Assembly: GCA_965279375.1 (NCBI GenBank)
Contig: OZ257156.1
Location: forward strand, 2,080,001 to 2,144,000
DNA length: 64,000 nucleotides
Source of the DNA: Gemmatimonas sp.
GTDB lineage: Bacteria > Gemmatimonadota > Gemmatimonadetes > Gemmatimonadales > Gemmatimonadaceae
Direction: 5' to 3'
The notes beneath the pieces are model-generated. The model had not been told where the DNA came from, searched no databases, and saw only the letters and a list, made by a program, of their open reading frames with translations. Within the stretch, counting starts at the first letter, position 1, and every line of letters begins with the position of its first letter. Shown piece after piece: positions 19,002 through 27,605 of this stretch. A program made the translations under genes and the position numbers.

Positions 19002-19122
19002 ACTGCTTGGAACTTGCTTCGGCCGATTCTGAATCGGTGGTTTTGTTGTCGTCTGGCCAGCGCGCTGGGGCGTGATGGAGAGCGAGATCGCTCTGCGAAG
19101 GTGGACGACTACGAATGCGTTG

Positions 19123-20022
19123 CTACGGCGTCACGCGCGTGTGCTGCCAGCTGAAGCGTGATCCAGTGGCCGGGTCAAAGCCACGCGTCAGAGTGCTGCG
19201 CGAGGCGTTGGTGCTGACCACAACATCGCGACCGCGCTCAGCGAGACTGCGTGCCGCTACGAGATCTGCCGTCGTCGGAACATCGCGCGAGGCGCTGGCG
19301 AGTTGAATCACGCCCGCTGCGGGGAACGTGACCACACGACGCGCGGCGGAACGGTCGGTAGCGCGAACGAGAGAGCCGTCGGCGGCGCGCGTGATGACGA
19401 GGTCGCCACCAAGAATTACGGTGCGCGCAGTGCCGGCGGCCGGCAGCAGGAGTCCCTCGGTCGGCGCGTCGGCCACCGTGACCGGAACCGCATTCACGAG
19501 GCGACCCTGGCGACGGAGCACCGGAACGATGTCGCGACCAATGTCACGCATCAGCTTCCCCTCGCGGGCCACACGCACCGTGTCGATAGGGTCGACGAAC
19601 TTCGGACGAGCGCCGTCCAGGCGAACGAGAGTCAGGCGACGGACTTGCGTGAAGGCGGAGTCGATGTCGTACACGCCGCCGACGGGCAGGCCGTCCGCAG
19701 TGCGCTCGCAGTAGACGAGCTTGGGCGCTGATGCAGCCTTTCCGAAGGTTCCTGCTGCGCGTAGCCGCAGCACCGTTGCCGCGCACTGCTGGAAGAACAG
19801 CGCCGCCCGCGCGCGCGCATCGGCCGCAGCGAACGCGGCGCTGAATCCCATCGGCATCCCGTCGGCCGGAGGCGCCGGCGCTGCATCCGGAGGCAGCACC
19901 TGCACCGACTGCGTGGGTTCGTTAACCGCAGCTCCTTTTCCCGAGGCGCAGGCCCCGAGCAATGCCACAGACAGAACGACCCACGGGATGGTGCGGAGCC
20001 GTGCGGATACGGTGGGGCGCAT
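19123..20022 (-). CDS. Hypothetical lipoprotein
   Basis: Lipobox LLGAC after a basic/hydrophobic N-terminus; long ORF. Confidence 0.7.
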   Translation of the reverse strand: MRPTVSARLRTIPWVVLSVALLGACASGKGAAVNEPTQSVQVLPPDAAPAPPADGMPMGFSAAFAAADARARAALFFQQCAATVLRLRAAGTFGKAASAPKLVYCERTADGLPVGGVYDIDSAFTQVRRLTLVRLDGARPKFVDPIDTVRVAREGKLMRDIGRDIVPVLRRQGRLVNAVPVTVADAPTEGLLLPAAGTARTVILGGDLVITRAADGSLVRATDRSAARRVVTFPAAGVIQLASASRDVPTTADLVAARSLAERGRDVVVSTNASRSTLTRGFDPATGSRFSWQHTRVTP

Positions 20023-20254
20023 GATGTATGATCGGTGGAGGCGATGGTCGCGGCGACGCATGGGAAACGTGCACGCGCACGCCCATGGGAAACGAGCCGC
20101 ACGGACGAGCGGAAGGCAATGGCCTTCCATGCATCGGCTGCCGAGATCGACGGATCGCTGCGGCTGATGGCTCATGGTTGCAGTTGTCGCGTTCGCGGCG
20201 CAGCGTTTGGTATCGCACCAATAACTCGCGTGCCCCCACTACCCCTCGCCGCGT

Positions 20255-22390
20255 ATGCGTCGCTTCCGCCCGATGGTCTCCGCAGTGCTCGCCGTCCTTG
20301 GCGTTGGGCTTCTCGCTTGTGAGCCGCCACCGCCGCCGCGTGTACTCGTCTTCTCTCGCACGGCGGGCTACCGGCACAGCTCCATCGAGGTGGGCAAGAA
20401 GGCGTTGATCGCCTTGGGCACCGCGAACGGCATGATCGTGGATACCACCGAAGATGCGTCGCGCATCACGGAAGATTCACTCAAGCAGTACGCGGCCGTC
20501 GTGTTTCTGCAGACGACGGGCAACCTGCTCGATCGCGCCGCCGAGGTGGATCTGCAGCGGTACATCCAGGCGGGCGGCGGCTTTGTGGGCATTCATGCGG
20601 CGGCGGACGCCGAGTACGACTGGCGGTGGTACGGCCGACTGGTTGGCGGATACTTCGAGAGTCATCCTGCGATACAGAAGGCCACACTGAGGGTTGTGGA
20701 GCGCGACGACCCTGCCACGAAGCATCTGGGCGCCGATTGGGTGCGCACCGACGAGTGGTACAACTTCAAGCAGCGCACCACTGGGCTGCATGTGCTCTTG
20801 TCCATCGACGAGAGCAGCTACACCGGGGGTACCAACGGCTTCGATCATGCGATGTCGTGGTATCACGAGGTGGATGGCGGTCGCGCGTGGTACACGGCGC
20901 TTGGTCATACGGAGGAGTCGTACGCCGACTCGAGCTTCCTCAAACATGTGCTGGGCGGCCTCCGCTACGCGATCGGCAAGCAGCGCGCGCTCGACTACCA
21001 GCAGGCCACCGCGATGCGTGTGCCTCCGGATTCGATTCTGACCAAGACCGTGCTGACGCAGGGCACGCTCACTGAACCCACGGAGATGGCGGTGCTGCCC
21101 GGTGGTGATGTGCTCATCGCGCAGCGTGGCGGCATCGTGCAGCTCTATCGAGACGCGGACAAGAGCCTCAGGCCAGCGCTGACGCTCAAGGTGTATGACA
21201 AGAGTCACACGCCTGCGGCCAACGCGGAGGAAGGGTTGCTGGGGCTGACCGTGGATCCGGACTTCGCCCGCAACAAGTACGTGTATCTCTTTTACAGCCC
21301 GGTCGATACGAGCGTGAATCGGTTGTCTCGATTCGTGTTCGATGGCGATTCGATCAAGTTGGGCAGCGAGAAGATCGTCTTGCAGTTCTACTCGCAGCGC
21401 GAGATCTGCTGTCATACGGGCGGATCGCTGGCGTTTGGCCCCAGCGGCGAGCTCTATCTCTCCACGGGCGACAACTCCACGCCGTTCGACGAAGCGAAGG
21501 AGCCGCACGCCACGCACGGCTTCAATCCGACGGATGATCGTCCCGGGCACATGCAGTTCGATTCGCGGCGCACGGCCGGCAACACGAACGATCTGCGCGG
21601 CAAGATTCTGCGCATTCGGGTGAAAGCCGACGGCAGCTATGAGATCCCCGCGGGCAATCTGTTCGCACCCGGTACGCCCGATACGCGGCCCGAGATCTAC
21701 GTGATGGGGAATCGAAATCCGTACCGGATCAGCGTCGATCAGGAATCGGGATTTCTGTACTGGGGCGAAGTCGGTCCGGATTCGAACGCCGACAGCCTCG
21801 AGACGCGGGGCCCGCGCGGCTACGACGAGATCAATCAGGCGCGGAAGGCAGGCAACTACGGTTGGCCGATGTTCGTCGGCAACAACTACGCATATCACCA
21901 GTGGGACTACGCGACGGGAACGTCGGGACCGCTCTTCGATGCGAAGGCGCCGATCAACAACTCGCGCAACTCGACGGGCGTGAAGGCGTTGCCGCCCGCG
22001 CAGCCGCCGTTGATCTGGTATCCGTACGGCGAATCGACCGACTTCGCGACGTTGGGCACGGGGGGACGCACCGCGCTGGCAGGTCCGATCTATCATCCGC
22101 GCCGCTTCACCGATCGTAGCCCGAGCGCGCTTCCCGACTACTACGACGGAAAGTTCTTCATCTACGACTGGATGCGCGATTGGGTGATGGCGGTGACGCT
22201 TCGTCCAAATGGCGACTACGAAGCGATGGAGCGCGTGCTGCCGAATGCCAAGTTCGCGTCGCCGATAGACATGGAGCTCGGTCCCGACGGGCGCATGTAC
22301 ATTCTCGAATACGGGAAGGGGTGGTTCGTGAAGGCGTCTGACGCGGCCCTCTCGCGCATCGGGTACAAGCCGACGAGCGCCGCCAAGTGA
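20255..22390 (+). CDS. Lipoprotein: ThuA-like domain fused to a glucose/sorbosone dehydrogenase (GSDH) propeller
   Basis: Lipobox LLAC; VLVFSRTAGYRH, GIHAAAD, DEWYNF and YTALGH motifs; CCHTGG, GKILRI and GNRNPYR motifs. Confidence 0.85.
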   Translation: MRRFRPMVSAVLAVLGVGLLACEPPPPPRVLVFSRTAGYRHSSIEVGKKALIALGTANGMIVDTTEDASRITEDSLKQYAAVVFLQTTGNLLDRAAEVDLQRYIQAGGGFVGIHAAADAEYDWRWYGRLVGGYFESHPAIQKATLRVVERDDPATKHLGADWVRTDEWYNFKQRTTGLHVLLSIDESSYTGGTNGFDHAMSWYHEVDGGRAWYTALGHTEESYADSSFLKHVLGGLRYAIGKQRALDYQQATAMRVPPDSILTKTVLTQGTLTEPTEMAVLPGGDVLIAQRGGIVQLYRDADKSLRPALTLKVYDKSHTPAANAEEGLLGLTVDPDFARNKYVYLFYSPVDTSVNRLSRFVFDGDSIKLGSEKIVLQFYSQREICCHTGGSLAFGPSGELYLSTGDNSTPFDEAKEPHATHGFNPTDDRPGHMQFDSRRTAGNTNDLRGKILRIRVKADGSYEIPAGNLFAPGTPDTRPEIYVMGNRNPYRISVDQESGFLYWGEVGPDSNADSLETRGPRGYDEINQARKAGNYGWPMFVGNNYAYHQWDYATGTSGPLFDAKAPINNSRNSTGVKALPPAQPPLIWYPYGESTDFATLGTGGRTALAGPIYHPRRFTDRSPSALPDYYDGKFFIYDWMRDWVMAVTLRPNGDYEAMERVLPNAKFASPIDMELGPDGRMYILEYGKGWFVKASDAALSRIGYKPTSAAK

Positions 22391-22426
22391 GTTGACGATT
22401 TCAGAGCCTGCGTACGACGTGACGCA

Positions 22427-23872
22427 CTACAGCCGCCCAATGGTGCGCAGCGCCCACTGATACAGCCCCACATACTGCGACGCGGCATGCGCCCACGAGT
22501 TGTCCTCGCGCATGCCGCGCTCGCGCAGCACCGCCCAACTCGCAGGCGCGCGATACGCCGTGAGCGCCCGGGAGATCGCGTCGGTGAAGTGGCTGGCCTC
22601 GAACGGATGGAAGCGGAAGCCATTGCCTTCGTACCCTTCCTGCACGGTGTCGTTGAGGCCACCCGTCGCGCGCACGATGGGAACGCTGCCATAGCGCAAC
22701 GCGATCATCTGTCCGAGTCCACACGGCTCGAAGCGCGAGGGCATGAGAAACGCATCGCTGCCCGCGTAGATCCGCTGCGCCAGCGCAACGTCAAAGCCGA
22801 TACGCGCCGACACCCGCTGCGGATGCGCGGCGGCGTGCCCGCGAAACGCATCCTGCAGCGCCGCACTGCCCGAGCCCAGCACCACGAGCTGCGCATCGGT
22901 ACGCGCCATCAGCCACGGCACGATCGCGCTCACCATGTCGAGCCCCTTCTGCTCGGCGAGTCTCGAGACGATGCCCAGCAACGGCACGTCGGGAGCGATG
23001 CGCAATCCCAACTCAGCCTGCAGTGCCGCCTTGCAGCGTGCCTTGCCGTCGATGTTGTCCGCGTCGAAGCCAACGGCGATGTTCGTATCGGTGGCGGGAT
23101 CGTAACTGTCCGCGTCGATGCCGTTGAGAATGCCGGCCACGCGGTCGCCGCGCGAGCGCAGCAGTCCGTCCAGCCGTTCGCCGTACTCGCCCGTCATGAT
23201 CTCGCGCGCATAGGTGGGCGACACGGTGCTCACGATGTCGCTGTACAGAATGCCGCGCGCCATGAAGTTGAACGAGCCGGCGATGCCAGGCCCCATGCCG
23301 TTTTCGACGAACCCGCCTTCGTTCAGTCCAGCCAATGGCAGCGTGAAGGGACTGAACTGCCCCTGATAGGCGAGGTTATGGATGGTGAAGACCGTGGCGA
23401 TATTGCCGAACGTGTACGACAGGTACGTCTTGATGTAGTTGGGCACGAGCGCGGTGTGCCAGTCGTTGCAGTGCACCACATCAGGAAGCCAGCCGTCCAC
23501 TTCGCGCAGATGTTGCATCAGCGCGAGCACGCCACGCGCAAACAGAATGAACCGTCGATCGTCGTCGCGATCGCCATAAATGGTGGCACGCTCGAAGGCG
23601 GCCGGAATGTCGAGCAGGTACGTGGGCACCGACGTCTCCGACGCGCGCCAGATGCGCAGCTCCTCCTGTCGCTCGCCAGCAGGCAGGAACGACGCGGCGA
23701 TAGGTCCCGTCACCGGAACCGCGCGCTCACGCAGCTCGCGATAGCGCGGCATCACAACATGAACGTCGTGTCCCGCGGCACGCAGCGCTGCCGGCAGGGC
23801 CCCGGCCACATCGGCGAGGCCACCAGTCTTCATGAGCGGCGCGACTTCGGCCGCAACGAACAGAATCTTCAC
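22427..23872 (-). CDS. glgA: Glycogen synthase
   Basis: KTGGLADV, HCNDWHT, TIHNLAYQG and PSRFEPCGL motifs; GTG start at 23872. Confidence 0.95.
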   Translation of the reverse strand: MKILFVAAEVAPLMKTGGLADVAGALPAALRAAGHDVHVVMPRYRELRERAVPVTGPIAASFLPAGERQEELRIWRASETSVPTYLLDIPAAFERATIYGDRDDDRRFILFARGVLALMQHLREVDGWLPDVVHCNDWHTALVPNYIKTYLSYTFGNIATVFTIHNLAYQGQFSPFTLPLAGLNEGGFVENGMGPGIAGSFNFMARGILYSDIVSTVSPTYAREIMTGEYGERLDGLLRSRGDRVAGILNGIDADSYDPATDTNIAVGFDADNIDGKARCKAALQAELGLRIAPDVPLLGIVSRLAEQKGLDMVSAIVPWLMARTDAQLVVLGSGSAALQDAFRGHAAAHPQRVSARIGFDVALAQRIYAGSDAFLMPSRFEPCGLGQMIALRYGSVPIVRATGGLNDTVQEGYEGNGFRFHPFEASHFTDAISRALTAYRAPASWAVLRERGMREDNSWAHAASQYVGLYQWALRTIGRL

Positions 23873-24095
23873 GGAAGGGCGACCGGGGATGGGGGGCGGG
23901 CGAACGCAACTGCCCAAAATCTACCGTTCAGCCGCACCCTCGCACGCTTTTGTTTCGCGGCCCCCTAACGGGAAGTAGGGCCGTGGCGCAGAATCCACGG
24001 AGCAGTGAAGGATCGATCGCCCGTGGCCTTAGAATTTGCAGCGCCGCCTCTCCCGCCTCGTTACGCGCTCCTGAACGCGCTACTGATCAGCCGAC

Positions 24096-25361
24096 ATGAA
24101 CTCCCCTCATCGCGCCGGAACCCTCGCGCGTACCGCCATGGCATATGTACTCGCCGGTGGTCGCGGATCCCGCCTCTACGAACTCACCGATCGTCGCGCA
24201 AAGCCCGCGGTGTACTTCGGCGGCAAGACGCGCATCATCGACTTCGCGCTGTCGAATGCGATGAACTCGGGCATTCGACGCATCGGCGTGGCGACACAGT
24301 ACAAGGCGCATAGCCTCATTCGCCACTTGCAGCGCGGCTGGAATTTCTTCCGTCCGGAGCGGAACGAATCCTTCGACATTCTGCCCGCCAGCCAACGCGT
24401 ATCGGAAACGCAGTGGTACGAGGGCACAGCTGACGCGGTCTATCAGAACATCGATATCATCGAGGCCTATCACCCGGAGTTCATGGTGATCCTCGCCGGC
24501 GATCACATCTACAAGATGGACTACGAGTTGATGCTCGAGCAGCACGTCGCGCAAGACGCCGACGTGACGATCGGGTGCCTCGAAGTCGCGCGGCGTGACG
24601 CAACCGGGTTCGGTGTCATGCAGGTGGATGTCGAAGACCGCATTGTCTCGTTCCTCGAGAAGCCAGCCGATCCTCCCGGCATTCCGGGCAATCCGGAGAT
24701 GGCGCTGGCCAGCATGGGCATCTACGTCTTCAAGACGGCGTTCCTCTTCGAGATGCTGAAGCGAGACGCCGCGGATCCAACCTCGAGTCGAGACTTCGGC
24801 AAGGACATCATCCCGTACGTCGTCGCCAACGGTAAAGCGGTCGCCCACCGATTCAGTACGTCGTGCGTCAAGTCGGACACCGAGGTGGAAGCCTACTGGC
24901 GGGACGCCGGTACCGTAGATGCCTACTGGGAAGCGAACGTGGACCTCACGAGCGTCGTGCCGTCGCTCGACCTCTACGACCACAACTGGCCGATCTGGAC
25001 GTACAGCGAGATCACGGCGCCAGCCAAGTTTGTGCATAACGAGGACGGGCGTCGCGGATTGGCGCTCAACTCACTCGTCTCCGGCGGATGCATCGTGTCC
25101 GGCGCGCGCATTCACAAGTCGCTGCTGTTCACAGGCGTGCAGATCCACTCCTTTGCCTACCTCGACGGCGCGGTCGTGCAGCCATACGTGGACATCGGTC
25201 GATCGGCGCGCTTGCGCAACGTGGTGATCGATCGTGGTGTGCGCATTCCGGCAGGGCTCGTCGTCGGTGAGGATGCCGCGCTCGACGCCCGCCGTTTCCG
25301 TCGCACCGACAAGGGCATCGTGCTCATCACGCAGCCGATGATCGACAAGCTCTACGCCTGA
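24096..25361 (+). CDS. glgC: Glucose-1-phosphate adenylyltransferase
   Basis: [35 protein letters not shown] and DFGKDIIP motifs. Confidence 0.97.
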   Translation: MNSPHRAGTLARTAMAYVLAGGRGSRLYELTDRRAKPAVYFGGKTRIIDFALSNAMNSGIRRIGVATQYKAHSLIRHLQRGWNFFRPERNESFDILPASQRVSETQWYEGTADAVYQNIDIIEAYHPEFMVILAGDHIYKMDYELMLEQHVAQDADVTIGCLEVARRDATGFGVMQVDVEDRIVSFLEKPADPPGIPGNPEMALASMGIYVFKTAFLFEMLKRDAADPTSSRDFGKDIIPYVVANGKAVAHRFSTSCVKSDTEVEAYWRDAGTVDAYWEANVDLTSVVPSLDLYDHNWPIWTYSEITAPAKFVHNEDGRRGLALNSLVSGGCIVSGARIHKSLLFTGVQIHSFAYLDGAVVQPYVDIGRSARLRNVVIDRGVRIPAGLVVGEDAALDARRFRRTDKGIVLITQPMIDKLYA

Positions 25362-25417
25362 GATGGCGTCTGAGATGACGTCTGAGATGACGTCTGAGAT
25401 GGCGTCTGAGATGGCGT
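25358..25417 (+). repeat. 5 copies of the 12-bp tandem repeat CTGAGATGRCGT at the glgC/peptidase junction
   Basis: Units start at 25358, 25370, 25382, 25394 and 25406; each contains a TGA and an ATG. Confidence 0.95.
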
Positions 25418-27105
25418 CGCGCCGAGTCGTTTTGGGGCTGCTGCTCGCGCTCGGTGCGACGGCGCTCACGGTTGGGGCACGGGCGCTGCACGCGCAGCAG
25501 CCGTCGCGCACGGGAAGCGCACGCGCAGGCATCGACGTGATGCACTACGAATTCCGTGTGGACTTTCCAGCCGCACCGTTTCCGGAAACGATCGCGTTCG
25601 TCGCGACCACCACCGCGCGACGCACGACGGCGGTCGCATCGCTCTCGCTCGATCTCGCGGCGTCGCTTCGCGTGGACTCGGCGCAGGTGAACGAGAAGTC
25701 CGCAGCGTTCGCGCGCGCAGGTGACAGCGTGCGCGTGGCGCTACCTGAAGGCCAGTCGGATACGGTGCGGGTTCGCGTCTTCTACCGCGGCCTTCCATCC
25801 GACGGTCTGATCGTCCAGCGCGACTCTACGCTCGGCTGGATGGCGTTCGGCGACAACTTCCCCGATCGCGCGCGGCAGTGGTTGGCCACTGTCGATCATC
25901 CGTCGGACAAGGCACTCGTGGATTGGATCGTGCGCGCGCCCGCCACGCATCGCGTGATCGCCAATGGCCTGCTGGTGGAGGAGACGCCGGAGCCCGGCCC
26001 TGCCGCGTCGCGCATGGTACGCACGCACTGGCGCACCGTTCGACCGATCTACACCGCAGTGATGGTGATTGGCGTCGCGCCGTTCGCCGTGCAGGAGATC
26101 GGCGCGACGGCGTGCGGTCTGGGCGAACTGCCCGGTTGCGTGCCGCAGTCGGTGTGGATGCGCCCGTCGCAGCGTGCGCTGACGAGGGGCGGCGAGCTAC
26201 CCGGCGGCTTTGCGCGCGCGGGAGAGATCGTATCGCTCTTCTCGCGGCTGGCGGGCCCGTTTCCCTATGAGAAGCTGGCACACGTCTCTTCGTCCACGCG
26301 CTATGGTGGCATGGAGAACGCTGGCGCGATCTTCTACGCCGACCAGATCTTCGACCGCGGTGCACCCGACGAGAAGTTGATCGCCCACGAGACTGCGCAT
26401 CAGTGGTTTGGCGATGCAGTCACTGAGCACGAGTGGCCGCATGTCTGGCTGTCGGAGAGCTTTGCCACGTATTTCGCGGCGCTCTGGACGGAACATGCGC
26501 ATGGCGACACCGCCTTTCGCGCCGACTTGACCGCCATGCGGGCGAAAGTGCTCAAGGCGCCGATCGCGGTGGAGAAGCCCGTGATCGACGAGGGGCTCGA
26601 TGACCTCAGGCGCGTCCTGGGCATCAACGTCTACGAGAAGGGCGGCTTCGTGCTGCACATGCTGCGGCGCGAGGTTGGCGACTCGGCGTTCTTCCGTGGC
26701 ATCCAGCGCTACTATGCGGCACACCGGCATGGTAACGCGATGACGGCGGACCTGCAGCGTGCCATCGAAGCGGAGGCCGGGCAATCACTCGACTGGTTCT
26801 TTGATCAGTGGCTGCGGCGGCCGGGCTTTGCGGAGCTCACGGTGCGCTGGCAATGGAACGCGGCGACGCAGCGCTTACAGGTGGTCGTGGACCAGGGCGC
26901 CCGCTTTGCGCCGTATCGTTTGGCGCTCACCGCGGATGTGACCACGGCAAACGGGAAGGTCGAGCGAGTGCGGATCGCCGTTCCCGCCACACGGAGTGCG
27001 ACGATCACAGTGCCGCTTGCATTGACGCAGGCACCGAGCACGGTCGTCTTCGATGCGGACGTCTCCGTGCTCGGTACCGTGTCGGCCGCTGCAGCAGGGC
27101 GTTAG
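25363..27105 (+). CDS. Secreted M1 family zinc aminopeptidase
   Basis: GGMEN, HETAHQWFG, WLSESFA and YEKGG motifs; signal peptide; start could be any of the five repeat ATGs. Confidence 0.92.
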   Translation: MASEMTSEMTSEMASEMASRRVVLGLLLALGATALTVGARALHAQQPSRTGSARAGIDVMHYEFRVDFPAAPFPETIAFVATTTARRTTAVASLSLDLAASLRVDSAQVNEKSAAFARAGDSVRVALPEGQSDTVRVRVFYRGLPSDGLIVQRDSTLGWMAFGDNFPDRARQWLATVDHPSDKALVDWIVRAPATHRVIANGLLVEETPEPGPAASRMVRTHWRTVRPIYTAVMVIGVAPFAVQEIGATACGLGELPGCVPQSVWMRPSQRALTRGGELPGGFARAGEIVSLFSRLAGPFPYEKLAHVSSSTRYGGMENAGAIFYADQIFDRGAPDEKLIAHETAHQWFGDAVTEHEWPHVWLSESFATYFAALWTEHAHGDTAFRADLTAMRAKVLKAPIAVEKPVIDEGLDDLRRVLGINVYEKGGFVLHMLRREVGDSAFFRGIQRYYAAHRHGNAMTADLQRAIEAEAGQSLDWFFDQWLRRPGFAELTVRWQWNAATQRLQVVVDQGARFAPYRLALTADVTTANGKVERVRIAVPATRSATITVPLALTQAPSTVVFDADVSVLGTVSAAAAGR

Positions 27106-27124
27106 ACGCTACGCGGGCGCGCCA

Positions 27125-27148
27125 ACATCGCCGACGAATCGCCGATGT
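27125..27148 (-). terminator. Short hairpin between the convergent peptidase and HU genes
   Basis: acatcg-c-cga CGAA tcg-c-cgatgt; loop reads TTCG on the minus strand; no U-tract. Confidence 0.3.
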
Positions 27149-27161
27149 CAGGTGTCCGAAC

Positions 27162-27431
27162 CTAGAGCGCGTCCCGCAGCCCTTTGCCCGGTTTGAACTT
27201 GGGCACTTTGCGGGCCGCGATGCGGAGCGCAGCGCCCGTCTGCGGATTGCGGCCCATGCGCGCCTTGCGCTTGCTGACGCTGAAGGTGCCGAAGCCGGTG
27301 ATCGTCACCGTCTTGTTCTTCTTGAGCGTTGCCGTCACGCCACCGATGACGGCGTTGAGGGCGCGGCCAGCTGCCGCCTTGGAGATGTTCGACTGCTTGG
27401 CGATGTGCCCGATGAGTTCGGACTTGTTCAC
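27162..27431 (-). CDS. hup: HU family DNA-binding protein
   Basis: MNKSELI, GFGTF, RMGRNPQTG and PKFKPGK motifs; GGAGG RBS. Confidence 0.97.
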   Translation of the reverse strand: MNKSELIGHIAKQSNISKAAAGRALNAVIGGVTATLKKNKTVTITGFGTFSVSKRKARMGRNPQTGAALRIAARKVPKFKPGKGLRDAL

Positions 27432-27605
27432 GAGGCCTCCTGAGGGTGGGAGAGTGCGCCCACGAACTTAGCATCGGCGGTCCACGGCGCTATCCGCACG
27501 CTCCGCGCTTTGACACCGCTGCCTATGCGCGCCAAACTCTGCGGGTTCTCGCCGCTCCATACGGGTGTCCCCCTCAGCCCTCCAGCCGGAGACTTCGTCG
27601 TGTCC

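Noticed and set aside
18776..19075. 99-aa ORF in the intergenic gap
   Set aside because: No RBS or recognisable motif, and it overlies the inverted-repeat element
25358..25417. Possible CRISPR array
   Set aside because: 12-bp head-to-tail units with no spacers and no cas genes
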